A program made the translations under genes and the position numbers. A stretch of DNA of 35,874 nt from an uncultured Pygmaiobacter sp. (GTDB lineage: Bacteria > Bacillota > Clostridia > Oscillospirales > Ruminococcaceae), in NCBI GenBank assembly GCA_944386515.1, contig CALXBJ010000151.1, positions 1 to 35,874 on the forward strand, given 5' to 3'. Below are positions 15,595 through 25,301 of the stretch, in pieces (position 1 is the first letter of the stretch; each line of letters begins with the position of its first letter). The notes under the pieces were generated by a model. That model was not told where the DNA came from. It saw nothing but the letters and a program-made list of their open reading frames with translations, and did no database searches.

Positions 15595-18500
15595 ATGAGT
15601 GCTGCCAAAACAGATCCGCTGCGAGGAATGATTGGGGGGCTTCTCTGTGTCGAGCTGGCACAGGAGCCGGTGCTGCGGTTTGTGGACGAGCGTCTGGCCG
15701 AGCAGATGGGGCTGCCGCCGGTCGGCACGCCGCTGCGGGAGATCATCTTGGAGGAGGATTGGCCCGCACTGTACCGGCGGATGCGCGGTGCGCTGCCTGA
15801 CGGCGGCGCCCTGCGCTTTTCGGTTAGGATTGTGCCGTCCCCCGGGGAAGAGCCGATTCGGATGAACTGTTCCGGCCGCCGCCAGAAGGAGCTGGTCTGG
15901 GTGGCTGCTGCACCGACGTCGGAGGGGCGGATGCGCAGCTATGAACAGATGGTCGGCTGGTATAACGGATTCCGGGCACTGCTGGAGTCCGCGCCGCAGC
16001 AGGCCTATGAATGGGATATTGAAAAGCACGCGCTGAGAGAGGCGGGGTTCCAGTCCACCCTTTGGCGGGAGCTGATGATGGGAGAGCCGCTGCTGGAGGT
16101 GGACGAGGAGGGGATCCCCTCGGCGGACAATATCTATCTCAATGACCGCCCGGCATTTCGCCAGCTGCACCGCAGCATTCTCTCGGGCGGCTCGGGCGGC
16201 AGCATCGAGCTGCGGATGCGCACTGGATACGGGGTGTATCGCTGGTGCCGGCTCACCATTGCGACCCTCTACGATCAGGAGGGAAAACCCCGCCGGGCGG
16301 TGGCCCTTCTCGTCGATATTGACGAGGAAAAGCGGGAGGCGCTGCTCATGGCCAAGCGCAACGAGCGGGACCCGCTCACCGGCCTGTTCAACGGCGAGGC
16401 GGCGCGAGAGAGGATCCTGACCGCGCTGCGAAAGCTGCAGAGCGGCTATCTCGCACTGTATGCGGTGGACATCGACCACTATCAGCAGGTGACCGACCAG
16501 CTGGGGATCCTCTTCGGCGAGGCGGTGCTGATCGGCGCGGCGGACAAATTGGCCTCCGCCGCGGGCGAGGGGGCGGTGCTGGCACGCACCGGCGCGATCA
16601 CCCTTGTGGTTGCAAAAACAGTCCCCAATCGGCGCGCGGCGCGCGCGCTGGGCAAGAACTTTTGCGAGAAGCTGCGCCAGCAGTTTGCGGACGGAAAGCA
16701 GCAGCTGGAGGTCACCGCCAGCGTGGGGCTGGTGCTGGCTTCGCCCGGCGAGGAGGATTTTTCGGCGCTGATGCGTCAGGCGGATCTCGCGCTGGCCGAT
16801 GCCAAACGGGCCGGCGGCGGAAAGATGGTCGTCTATCGGCACGGGATCCCGGATCCGGGCGAGGCGGTAAAGGAGGGGGCGGATTTGGCGCCCTCCCCCT
16901 CGGCGGCGGGTTCCTTTAACGACAATATGTTCTACCTCTTCTTCAATATGCTGTATGAGGGGGAGAATCCGGACCGCGCTATTGAGCTGGTGCTCCGCAC
17001 CGCAGGACAGCATTTCCATGTTTCCCGCGCCTATATCTATGAGGCGGAACCGGAGGATAACCGGATTGTGCACCTGACCTATGAATGGTGCGCCGAGGGT
17101 GTTGCCAGCCGGGGGGAGTATCTGGAGCGCTTTTTGATCCAGAAAGAGGTTGCGGACAACAGCCGCCAGAAGGGATTTTACCGCTGCGACGACACCCATC
17201 TGCCAGGGGCGCTGCCGCAGGGGATGCCTTTGCGGCTCGACCGGGGCGGGGTGCGCGCCTTTTTGCAGTTCGGCCTGTTGGACGCCGGCAGCTATCGGGG
17301 CTGCATCGGCTTTGACGAGTGTGCCGGCCCCCGCATCTGGAATGACGAGGAGCAGGAAATCCTGAGGCAGATCACCCGGATTGTGGGCGGCTATCTGCTG
17401 CGCACCCGTGCGCAGGAATACCGCAGCAGGCAGGATCCCATCACCGGGCTGCCGGGATTTTCCCGTTTCCGCCGGCAGGTGGCACAGGCCTGCTCGTCGG
17501 AGGAGAGCGGCTGGACGATGGTCAGCCTTGACGTTGTCCGGTTCGGCAGGATTGGCTCGCTGTTTGGAGAGAAGATCGCGGACCGCCTTCTTGGGCGGAT
17601 CGGCGCGCTGATCCGGGATCGGCTGCGCTCGGGTGAGATCGCCTGCAGGGTCCGCCGGGACGAGTTCGCGCTGCTGCTGCGCCAGCAGCAGGGGCAGACT
17701 GCCGCGGACCGCGCAAAGCAGTTTTCACAGGCGCTTGCGGTGCCCGCACGGGCCCTGCTGGGCCATTACGACCTGCGGCTGGCCTGCGGTTTCTGCAATC
17801 TGCAGCCGGGGGAGCAGATCACCGTCACCGAGCTGTACCGCAGGGCCTCCTTGGCCCGGCTGCGGGCAAAGAGGGGCGGGCTGGGAGGCTACCTGTACTA
17901 CACCGCCGAGATCGGTGCCGCCGACCAGCGGCGGCGGAGCATTGAGCGGCAGGCGGCGCGCGCGCTGAATGCGGGGGAGTTCAAGATGGCGCTGCGCCCC
18001 ATCCGCGCGCTGCAGGGCGGAGAGATCTGCGGGATGCAGGCGCACCTGCGCTGGAAAAATTCGGTTCTGGGCGAGGTGGACCGCGAGGAGTTCTTGCCGA
18101 TCTTTGAGCGCAGCGGCTTTTTGCTGACGCTGGATCTCTATCTGATTCGGCAGGTGTGCGCGCTGCTGGTCCGCTGGGAAAAGGAGGGGATTGCGCTGCC
18201 GATCACCGTGCGGGTCTCCCAACTGCAGCTGACCCAGACCAATTTCATCGATTTGCTGACCGCGGCGGTGGACGGCGCCGGCTTAGACCGCGGAATGCTG
18301 CGGCTGCAGATGCCCGGCAGCGGCGCCCATTGGGGCGGGGAGTATGCGCTGCTCGTCCTTCAGCGACTGCGGGACGAGGGGTTTGAGATCTGCACCGAGC
18401 AGCTGGGGATCCACAGCGTGCTGGCGGACCTCCCGCAGCAGCCTTTCTGCGATGAGGCAGTGCTTCCCCGCGATTTGCTGGAGCGGCCAAAGAGCAAGCA

Positions 18501-18732
18501 GCTGCTCATGGGGTTGGCGCAGGTCAACCATGCGCTGGGCATCAGGGTCAGGGTGTCCGGCCTTGAGACGGCGCAGGAGCTGGAAATCGCGCGCTGCGCC
18601 GGCTGCGATACCGCGCAGGGGAACTTTGTCTCGCGGCTGCTCTCCCCGCGCACAGCCCGCGGCCTGCTGCTGGCAGAGCGGGAGAGGGCACAGCAAGGCC
18701 CCGCCGAAAAGGAGGATCCCGCGGCGCAGTGA
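15595..18732 (+). CDS. PAS-GGDEF-GAF-GGDEF-EAL c-di-GMP signalling protein with degenerate catalytic motifs
   Basis: RDPLTGLFN, VDIDHY, VTASVG, ADLAL (GGDEF1); VSRAYIYE, TYEWCAEG, IGFDEC, RIWN (GAF); DPITGL (GGDEF2); FLPIFERSG, GLET, AQG (EAL); SD GGAGG. Confidence 0.85.
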   Translation: MSAAKTDPLRGMIGGLLCVELAQEPVLRFVDERLAEQMGLPPVGTPLREIILEEDWPALYRRMRGALPDGGALRFSVRIVPSPGEEPIRMNCSGRRQKELVWVAAAPTSEGRMRSYEQMVGWYNGFRALLESAPQQAYEWDIEKHALREAGFQSTLWRELMMGEPLLEVDEEGIPSADNIYLNDRPAFRQLHRSILSGGSGGSIELRMRTGYGVYRWCRLTIATLYDQEGKPRRAVALLVDIDEEKREALLMAKRNERDPLTGLFNGEAARERILTALRKLQSGYLALYAVDIDHYQQVTDQLGILFGEAVLIGAADKLASAAGEGAVLARTGAITLVVAKTVPNRRAARALGKNFCEKLRQQFADGKQQLEVTASVGLVLASPGEEDFSALMRQADLALADAKRAGGGKMVVYRHGIPDPGEAVKEGADLAPSPSAAGSFNDNMFYLFFNMLYEGENPDRAIELVLRTAGQHFHVSRAYIYEAEPEDNRIVHLTYEWCAEGVASRGEYLERFLIQKEVADNSRQKGFYRCDDTHLPGALPQGMPLRLDRGGVRAFLQFGLLDAGSYRGCIGFDECAGPRIWNDEEQEILRQITRIVGGYLLRTRAQEYRSRQDPITGLPGFSRFRRQVAQACSSEESGWTMVSLDVVRFGRIGSLFGEKIADRLLGRIGALIRDRLRSGEIACRVRRDEFALLLRQQQGQTAADRAKQFSQALAVPARALLGHYDLRLACGFCNLQPGEQITVTELYRRASLARLRAKRGGLGGYLYYTAEIGAADQRRRSIERQAARALNAGEFKMALRPIRALQGGEICGMQAHLRWKNSVLGEVDREEFLPIFERSGFLLTLDLYLIRQVCALLVRWEKEGIALPITVRVSQLQLTQTNFIDLLTAAVDGAGLDRGMLRLQMPGSGAHWGGEYALLVLQRLRDEGFEICTEQLGIHSVLADLPQQPFCDEAVLPRDLLERPKSKQLLMGLAQVNHALGIRVRVSGLETAQELEIARCAGCDTAQGNFVSRLLSPRTARGLLLAERERAQQGPAEKEDPAAQ

Positions 18733-18733
18733 G

Positions 18734-18768
18734 GGAAAAGTCCACACGGCGAAAAGGAAAAGTCCACA
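18734..18768 (+). repeat. 13-bp direct repeat with 22-bp period
   Basis: GGAAAAGTCCACA at 18734-18746 and 18756-18768. Confidence 0.7.
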
Positions 18769-18786
18769 GCAATGCGGCTTATTCAG

Positions 18787-18825
18787 AAAGGGGCCGGCCA
18801 TCCGTCTTGGATGGCCGGCCCCTTT
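18787..18825 (+). terminator. Hairpin terminator
   Basis: AAAGGGGCCGGCCATCC-gtctt-GGATGGCCGGCCCCTTT. Confidence 0.65.
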
Positions 18826-18913
18826 GCGGCAAAAAGAGAAGGCGGCGCCGGAACACCGTCGTTCTGACCCGCCGCGCGGCGGCATAGGATAGAGGGGAAA
18901 GCGGGGTGGCGGG

Positions 18914-19552
18914 ATGCAGGGGTTTATTCTGGGCGCAATGGAACAGTACGGTGCGGCGGGCGTCTTCCTTCTCATCTTTTTGGAGAATATCTTCCCGCCC
19001 ATCCCCAGTGAGGTCATCCTCACCTTCGGCGGCTTTCTGACCACCCGCTCGGGCCTCTCGGCCGTGTCGGTGATCCTCGCCGCCACGCTGGGTTCCCTGC
19101 TGGGGGCGGTGGTGCTTTACGGGGCGGGGATGCTGCTTGACCGCAGCCGGCTGCTGGCGCTGGCAGAGCGCTGGGGGCGCTGGCTGGGGTTCGATGCGCA
19201 GGAGCTGGCCCGCAGTCTGGACACCTATGAAAAGTATCAAAAAAAGACGGTCTTCCTCTGCCGGATGGTGCCGATTCTGCGCAGCTTGATCTCGATCCCG
19301 GCCGGGATGGCGCGCATGGCGGCGCTGCCCTTTCTGCTGCTGACGGCGGCAGGCTCCTTGATCTGGAATACGGTGCTGGTCTTTGCCGGGGCGGCGCTGG
19401 GAGATGCCTGGGGGTTGCTGCTGCCCTATCTGGATATCTGGGGCAACCTTGTGATTGCGTCTGTCCTGCTGGCGGCGGTGCTGGCGGGGATGCGAAAGAG
19501 CGCCCGGCAGCGGGCGCGGCGGGCAGATGAGAAAACCGCGCGGCAGCGGTAA
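18914..19552 (+). CDS. DedA family membrane protein
   Basis: LIFLENIFPPIPSEVILTFGG, ATLGSLLG, FLCRMVPILRSLISIPAG, GSLIWN. Confidence 0.92.
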   Translation: MQGFILGAMEQYGAAGVFLLIFLENIFPPIPSEVILTFGGFLTTRSGLSAVSVILAATLGSLLGAVVLYGAGMLLDRSRLLALAERWGRWLGFDAQELARSLDTYEKYQKKTVFLCRMVPILRSLISIPAGMARMAALPFLLLTAAGSLIWNTVLVFAGAALGDAWGLLLPYLDIWGNLVIASVLLAAVLAGMRKSARQRARRADEKTARQR

Positions 19553-19602
19553 AAAAGCAGGGCGCAGCAGGCGGAAATCCGCGCCTGCCGCGCCCTGTTT
19601 TT
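19553..19602. terminator. Bidirectional terminator
   Basis: CAGGGCGC..GCAGGCG..CGCCTGC..GCGCCCTG stem flanked by A and T runs. Confidence 0.6.
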
Positions 19603-19669
19603 GCGCTTTTTGAAAAGCCGCCCTTGGGCATCCCCGTGCATCTCCTCGGGGAAAAACGGCAGGCGGCGG

Positions 19670-20092
19670 TCAGTCTGCCTGCTCCTCCAGAAGCTGCGCG
19701 ACCAGTGCCGCGGCCTGTTCTACCGCCTGCCCAAGCGAGAGCCCGGTTGCGCCGACCACATAGGTGCCGCAGCGGTTGACCGGGATGAGCACCCGCTCGG
19801 CCTCGCTCTCGGCCACTGCGGCGGCCATTGCGGGGGTGAATTCCCCCATCATGCTGTTTGCGATGGCAATGCCCAGCGGACCGACGATGATCTTGGCCCG
19901 CCGGCAGGCGACGATAACCGCGTTTTCCCCGGTTGCTCCGGTGGTCGCGCCTGCCCGCAGCATTGTGGCAGTGGCCATCGCGTTGGTGCCGACCGCATGG
20001 ATCCGGGCTGCCGGCAGCTTTTCGCGCAGCTGTTCAATCAGTGCGCGGCCCACGCCGCCCCCCTGTCCGTCAATCACGAGAATCTTCTTCAT
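19670..20092 (-). CDS. DUF3842 family protein
   Basis: MKKILVIDGQGGGVG, AVGTNAMAT..MLRAGA..GATGENAV, GPLGI.IANSMMGE.TP, LIPVNRC. Confidence 0.85.
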   Translation of the reverse strand: MKKILVIDGQGGGVGRALIEQLREKLPAARIHAVGTNAMATATMLRAGATTGATGENAVIVACRRAKIIVGPLGIAIANSMMGEFTPAMAAAVAESEAERVLIPVNRCGTYVVGATGLSLGQAVEQAAALVAQLLEEQAD

Positions 20093-20172
20093 AGATGTTC
20101 CTTTCCCAATCCGTCCTTTAAGGTTCCCGGCGCATCCCGCTACTCTCAATGCAGTACAATCCCGAAGGGGCC

Positions 20173-21711
20173 TCACATCAGCGGCGCGAAGAACCGGAAG
20201 ATGATCTGCAGCAGCCGGCGCAGCAGGGGGGTCCGCTTGACATCGGCGAGGGTGATCTCCCGGCCGACGGCAAAGCAGCTCTCGATATCCCGGCGCACAT
20301 CGCCGATGATCCTGCCGCCGTAAAAGGCACAGCAGTTTTCAAAATGCAGATACAGGCTGCGGAAATCCATGTTCGCGCTGCCCACAATCGCGACATTGTC
20401 GTCGCTGACATACATCTTCGCGTGCAAAAAGCCCGGTGTATACTCATAGATCCGCACACCGGATTCCAGCAGATGAGGGTAATAGCTCTGGGTCAACAGG
20501 TAGACATAGGGCTTGTCCGGGATGCCGGGGGTCACAATCCGCACATCTACCCCGCTCTTTGCGGCCAGACACAGCGCGGACTGCATCTCGTAGTCGATGA
20601 CGAGATAGGGGGTTGTGATATAGACATACTGCTGCGCGCGGGTGATGATGTTCAGATAGGCGGACGCAGAGACGTTTTCCGCGTCCAGCGGGGTGTCGGA
20701 AAAGGGCTGCACAAAGCTGTCGGTCGCATATCGGTGTTCGGGCAGATAGGCGGCGTAGTCGGGCATTCCGCCGTGCACAAAGGTCCACATCTTGAAGAAG
20801 GTCACCGTCAGCGCATAGACGGCCGGTCCCCGAAGGATAAAGGCGGTGTCCTTCCAGTAGCCGAACCGGCGGCGGGCGTTGATGTATTCATCTGCAAAGT
20901 TCAGCCCGCCGGTGAAGCCGACCTCCCCGTCAATCACGCAGATCTTGCGGTGGTCGCGGTGGTTGAGAAAGTTGTACTGGCTGATGTGGGAGGTCAGCCG
21001 GATGGGATTGAAGACCTCGGCCTGAATCCCCATCCCGCGCAGGGTCGCGGCGTAGTCCTGCGGGAGGGTGAACAGGCTACCAAACCCGTCCCAGATCACC
21101 CGGACATCGACCCCCTCGGCGGCCTTGCGGCGCAGCACCTCAAGGGTGGTGTTCCACATCTTGCCCGGCTGGATGATGAAATACTCCATAAAGATACAGC
21201 GCTTGGCCTTTTCCAGCTCGATTAAAAAACAGTCGAAGAAGGCCTCGCCGCTGCTGAAATAGCGGCAGTCGGTGTCACAGTAGAGCGCGGCGGCCGCATT
21301 CCGGTAAAGGTATTCCGCCTGTCGCGAGAGGGTGGTGTCCGCTCGCTCGAGCACGTCGAACAGCGCGGGCTGCGGGACAATGGCCTGCGCGGACTGCTGC
21401 TCGATCCGGGAAAAGACCCGTGCGGTTTTGGGGGACAGACGGCGGTCGCCCCAAAGAAGGTACATCACCGCGCCGGTGATGGGCAGCACCACCGTGATGA
21501 TGATCCACATCACCTTGTAGGAGGGGTTGAGATCATCCTTCTCAAAGACAACTACCAGCACCAGTACGCTGAGGATAATCATAATTGCATAGGTGTAGGG
21601 GCCGATATTGCTAAACTGCCACACAAGAAAGAAAAAGCCGCCGATTTGGACGGCAGCAAGCAGCGCGAAGAGCAGACTGCGGCTGGTGAGGATCTTTAAA
21701 AAGCGATTCAA
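20173..21711 (-). CDS. cls: Cardiolipin synthase
   Basis: N-terminal TM helices; two HKD motifs (RDHRKICVIDG, FLHAKMYVSD); ITTPY, GSANMDFRS. Confidence 0.93.
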   Translation of the reverse strand: MNRFLKILTSRSLLFALLAAVQIGGFFFLVWQFSNIGPYTYAIMIILSVLVLVVVFEKDDLNPSYKVMWIIITVVLPITGAVMYLLWGDRRLSPKTARVFSRIEQQSAQAIVPQPALFDVLERADTTLSRQAEYLYRNAAAALYCDTDCRYFSSGEAFFDCFLIELEKAKRCIFMEYFIIQPGKMWNTTLEVLRRKAAEGVDVRVIWDGFGSLFTLPQDYAATLRGMGIQAEVFNPIRLTSHISQYNFLNHRDHRKICVIDGEVGFTGGLNFADEYINARRRFGYWKDTAFILRGPAVYALTVTFFKMWTFVHGGMPDYAAYLPEHRYATDSFVQPFSDTPLDAENVSASAYLNIITRAQQYVYITTPYLVIDYEMQSALCLAAKSGVDVRIVTPGIPDKPYVYLLTQSYYPHLLESGVRIYEYTPGFLHAKMYVSDDNVAIVGSANMDFRSLYLHFENCCAFYGGRIIGDVRRDIESCFAVGREITLADVKRTPLLRRLLQIIFRFFAPLM

Positions 21712-21931
21712 AACCGCATCATTCCCCCTTTCTCCGGGCAGAATAAAGGGTGTGTCTGCCGGTGCTGCGGATGAAAAGACCTATGAGGTCATTCTAACAT
21801 ATTGCCCCGGATTTGTACAGGAAATACCGGTTTTTGCGGGCGGAAAAAGAGGCAAAACCGGTGCGGAGAAAAACGGCGCGGCGGCGCGGGCGGGGAGGGC
21901 AAAAAAACAGAAAACCGCCGCCGGCGGGTAC

Positions 21932-21960
21932 TTGACAGCCATCCCTGTTTGGGCTATGCT
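21932..21960 (+). promoter_or_regulatory. Sigma-A promoter for DUF1292 gene and 6S RNA
   Basis: TTGACA(21932-21937)-17 bp-TATGCT(21955-21960). Confidence 0.65.
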
Positions 21961-22029
21961 TTTATTTAGAACAAGGGTTTTGCCCCGGTATCAGGGGCGG
22001 CAAAATTGCGCCGGAAAGGGCGGAAAAAG

Positions 22030-22350
22030 ATGGAAGAATATACCCCGGATATCCTCACGCTGGAGGATGAGGCTGGTCAGGAACACGTGTTTGAGGTCAT
22101 CGACGCGATCGACCACGACGGTGAGCACTATCTTGCGGTGGTGCCCTATGTTGAGACGGAGGAAGAGGCGGAGGCTGCGCTGGCAGACGACGCCGACCTC
22201 ATCATCATGCGGGTCGGTCAGGAAAACGGGGAGGAATTCCTCGATATTGTGGATGACGATGAGGAGCTGTACGAGGTGGGCGGCATCTTTGCGCAGCGTC
22301 TGGAAGAGCTCTATGATATCGAGGGGGAGGAACCCGGGCCGGTGTCTTGA
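22030..22350 (+). CDS. DUF1292 domain acidic protein
   Basis: ILTLEDEAGQEHVFEVID..YLAVVP..IIMRV..LDIVDDDEELYEVGGIF; very acidic, 106 aa. Confidence 0.85.
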   Translation: MEEYTPDILTLEDEAGQEHVFEVIDAIDHDGEHYLAVVPYVETEEEAEAALADDADLIIMRVGQENGEEFLDIVDDDEELYEVGGIFAQRLEELYDIEGEEPGPVS

Positions 22351-22355
22351 CGGAT

Positions 22356-22549
22356 ACCCCCCTGCACCGTTCGATTTGTTGCAGCCTTTTATAATCCGAC
22401 AAGTTAATTAAACGGGAGCTTTTGTCCGGCAGTGGACTGCAGACCTCCCTGCATCGCAGGAAGAAGGGAGCAAAAAGCTGCAGGCGGGGCACCCACCTGT
22501 CATGTTGAGAGACGGGTTTTAACTTGGCCGCAGACGGCGGCGCGGGGGT
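22356..22549 (+). ncRNA. ssrS: 6S RNA
   Basis: About 194 nt; termini pair (ACCCCCCTGCACCGT / ACGGCGGCGCGGGGGT); A/U-rich bubble then GGGAGC; Firmicute 6S signature GGCACCCACCTG (22488-22499) followed by GAGA..CGGGTT; terminator directly downstream. Confidence 0.85.
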
Positions 22550-22555
22550 TTAGTG

Positions 22556-22593
22556 AAAAAGAGAGAGCGGGGGCGTCTGCCCCCGCTCTTTTT
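22556..22593. terminator. Bidirectional terminator after 6S RNA and the LUD gene
   Basis: AGAGCGGGGGC-gtct-GCCCCCGCTCT with a T run. Confidence 0.8.
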
Positions 22594-22634
22594 GCGCTGA
22601 TTTGGCACAGCCGCACAAGGATATGCGCGGCGGC

Positions 22635-23276
22635 TCAGTAGCCCAGCGATTCCTCGACCAGAATGACCTTGATCCGTCCGGGGACCCGCTGCTGGCGGTG
22701 GACTGTCGCGGTGCAGCAGATGCGTCCGTCACCGCTGCAGTCGGCGCATTTCCCGGTCACCGCGCAGGGGGTCTTGCAGGCCAGCCGCTTGCAGTTGGCC
22801 GGAGCCGCAATCTCCTTTACCCGCTGCTCCGCCGCGTTGAGATCCCGCACAATCTTGTTTGACCCCACAACGAGGATGACGCTGGACGGGCCGTAGGTCA
22901 TCGCGGCCACCCGGTTGCCGTTGCCGTCCACGTTATACAGCTCGCCGTTTTCGGTCACCGCATTGCTGCTGCACAGATAGGCGTCTGCAAAAAAGCTCTT
23001 GCGGTAAATCTCGGCGATCTCCTCACCGGTCAGGCCGGGGGCGTACCGGTCCAAGAATTGATACTCGCCGCAGCGCAGCAGGTCGAGCACGCCGCACTCG
23101 TCCAGTGAGGCACTGCCCCCGACAGCGACGGTGTCGCCGGGATGCAGCAGGCTGCGGATCAGGGGGACGACCTCGGTGCGGTCCTTGACGAGATAGGCCT
23201 CCATCCGGTTTTTCTTGAGCGCTTCTGCGGTGCGCTCCATCCGCTGGCGGATGGTGTTTGCAAGGTATTCGTTCAT
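22635..23276 (-). CDS. LUD-domain (lactate utilization protein-like, DUF1121) protein
   Basis: VAVGGS, ADAYLCSSNAVTENGELYNVDGNGNRVAA..YGP, VGSNKIV, TPCAVTGKCADC..RICC, LVEESLGY. Confidence 0.85.
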   Translation of the reverse strand: MNEYLANTIRQRMERTAEALKKNRMEAYLVKDRTEVVPLIRSLLHPGDTVAVGGSASLDECGVLDLLRCGEYQFLDRYAPGLTGEEIAEIYRKSFFADAYLCSSNAVTENGELYNVDGNGNRVAAMTYGPSSVILVVGSNKIVRDLNAAEQRVKEIAAPANCKRLACKTPCAVTGKCADCSGDGRICCTATVHRQQRVPGRIKVILVEESLGY

Positions 23277-23417
23277 CTGATTTCCCTCCCGTATCTGGCC
23301 GGCCTGCCGCCGGCCCTGTTACTATCATGATAATACACCCGGTCTGGAAACACAAGCGGCCCGAATACGGCGCGCCTGAAAAAATACCGGCGGCCCGGCA
23401 CGGGAGGGATAAATGGA

Positions 23418-23446
23418 TTGATTCAGCCGTGGACAGATGGTATAAT
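23418..23446 (+). promoter_or_regulatory. Sigma-A promoter (extended -10) of the GT2-rml operon
   Basis: TTGATT-17 bp-TATAAT with TGn. Confidence 0.65.
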
Positions 23447-23522
23447 AAATCGCAAAGAAGCGAAAAAAATACCCGCGCCCACGGTATTTGCGCCCGGTGC
23501 GGTTTTGCATGGATGGAAACGG

Positions 23523-24329
23523 ATGCAAAGACAAAAGGTCACTGCCAGCATCGTCGCCTATGGCGGGTATGAGGAGGTCGCGGCTGCGGCTAAATCGCTG
23601 TTGTGCTGCACCAAGGGGGTGGATTTGACCCTCTATCTGGTGGATAATGCCTCCCCCGACGGCACGGGAAAAAAGCTGATCGAGACTTTCGGCTCAATGC
23701 CGGGGGTCAAATTGCGCTGCCTTGAAAAGAATTTGGGGTTTGGCGGCGGGCACAATGCGGTGCTCGATGAGCTGGACAGCGTGTATCATGTTGTCGCAAA
23801 TCCGGATATCCTGCTGCAGACCGATGCCGTCAGCGCCCTGTGCGGCTATCTGGACCGCCACCCAGAGGTTGCAATGGTCACGCCGCGGCTGTTTTTCCCC
23901 GACGGGCGGGAACAGTATGTCCCGCGCCGCCGGCCGACGGTTATGGCACTGCTGGCCCGCCAGCTGCCGCTGCGCTTTTTGAAAAGATACGAGGACCACT
24001 ATCTGATGCGGGATGAGGACCTTGCGCAGGAGCAGGAAATCGGTTTTTGCACCGGCTGCTTTTTTGTCATCCGCACCTCGGTGCTGCGCCGGGTCGGCGG
24101 GTTTGACCGCCGGTATTTTATGTATGTCGAGGATGCCGACCTCACCCGCAAGGTAATGGCGGAGGGCAAGGTGGTCTATTGGCCCGGTGCGCAGGTGATC
24201 CATGCGTGGCACCGCAGCCCCTCCAAAAAACTGTCCAGCTTTTTGCGGCAGCTTTGGTCAATGGGGATCTATTTTAGAAAGTGGGGACTGCGCTGGGGAT
24301 TTTCGCCCGGCAAAGAGGATGAAAGTTAG
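23523..24329 (+). CDS. GT2 glycosyltransferase (rhamnosyltransferase WbbL-like)
   Basis: SIVAY, LVDNASPDG, NLGFGGGHN, ANPDI, TGCFF, GGFDRRYFMYVEDADL. Confidence 0.88.
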   Translation: MQRQKVTASIVAYGGYEEVAAAAKSLLCCTKGVDLTLYLVDNASPDGTGKKLIETFGSMPGVKLRCLEKNLGFGGGHNAVLDELDSVYHVVANPDILLQTDAVSALCGYLDRHPEVAMVTPRLFFPDGREQYVPRRRPTVMALLARQLPLRFLKRYEDHYLMRDEDLAQEQEIGFCTGCFFVIRTSVLRRVGGFDRRYFMYVEDADLTRKVMAEGKVVYWPGAQVIHAWHRSPSKKLSSFLRQLWSMGIYFRKWGLRWGFSPGKEDES

Positions 24330-24392
24330 GCGTTTCGGAAAAAAATAGAACTGATTTGAAAAAACAAAAACAGAGATAAAGGAGCGTTTTTT

Positions 24393-25277
24393 ATGAAAGG
24401 TATTGTTCTCGCCGGCGGTGCGGGCACCCGCCTGTATCCGCTGACTATGGTGACCAGCAAGCAGCTGCTTCCGGTTTACGATAAGCCGATGATCTATTAC
24501 CCGCTGTCTACCCTGATGCTGGCAGGCATCCGGGAGATCCTCATCATCTCCACCCCGGAGGATACCCCTCGGTTTGAGCATCTGCTGGGAGACGGCGCGG
24601 ATTTCGGCCTCTCCCTCTCCTACAAGGTGCAGCCCTCCCCCGACGGACTGGCGCAGGCCTTCCTGCTGGGCGAGGAGTTTATCGGGGACGACTGCTGCGC
24701 GATGGTGCTGGGGGATAACATCTTCTACGGCAACGGCTTCGGCAAGCTGCTGCGCGGCGCGGTTGAAAATGCAGAAAATGGCCGTGCGACCATCTTCGGC
24801 TACTATGTCAACGACCCGGAGCGGTTCGGCATCGCCGAGTTCGACGAGAACGGCAGGGTGCTGTCGGTGGAGGAAAAGCCCGCGCACCCCAAGTCCAACT
24901 ATGCGATTACCGGGCTGTATTTCTATGACCGGCGGGTGGTTGAGCTGGCAAAGAAGGTGCGGCCCTCTGCCCGCGGTGAGCTGGAGATCACCAGCCTCAA
25001 CGACCTGTATCTCAAGGACGGCAGTCTGGACCTGCAGCGGCTTGGGCGCGGCTTTGCCTGGCTGGACGCCGGCACGAGGGACAGCCTGGTCGAGGCGGCG
25101 GACTTTGTTCGGATGATCGAGATGCGGCAGGGGATCAAGATCTCCGCGCCGGAGGAGATCGCCTACAAGAACGGTTGGATCACCCGCGAGAAGCTGCTGG
25201 AGTCGGCGGCGCGGTACGGCAAATCCCCCTATGGCGAACATCTCAAGCGGGTCGCCGAGGGCACGATTCTCTACTAA
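24393..25277 (+). CDS. rfbA: Glucose-1-phosphate thymidylyltransferase
   Basis: [67 protein letters not shown]. Confidence 0.97.
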   Translation: MKGIVLAGGAGTRLYPLTMVTSKQLLPVYDKPMIYYPLSTLMLAGIREILIISTPEDTPRFEHLLGDGADFGLSLSYKVQPSPDGLAQAFLLGEEFIGDDCCAMVLGDNIFYGNGFGKLLRGAVENAENGRATIFGYYVNDPERFGIAEFDENGRVLSVEEKPAHPKSNYAITGLYFYDRRVVELAKKVRPSARGELEITSLNDLYLKDGSLDLQRLGRGFAWLDAGTRDSLVEAADFVRMIEMRQGIKISAPEEIAYKNGWITREKLLESAARYGKSPYGEHLKRVAEGTILY

Positions 25278-25301
25278 ATAAAGAAAGAGGAAAAAGCACA
25301 G

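Noticed and set aside
15565-17199. Long antisense ORFs (also 9992..11401, 12952..14223, 27319..28656, 29399..30742, 31982..33292, 8956..10095)
   Set aside because: Shadow frames of real high-GC genes with no motifs or SD; expected when stop codons are rare
18734-18768. DnaA boxes or a mini CRISPR array
   Set aside because: AAGTCCACA has three mismatches to TTATCCACA; there are only two 13-bp units with a 9-bp gap and no cas genes
22432-22641. Small ORFs over 22350-22640
   Set aside because: The region is better explained by the 6S RNA and its terminator
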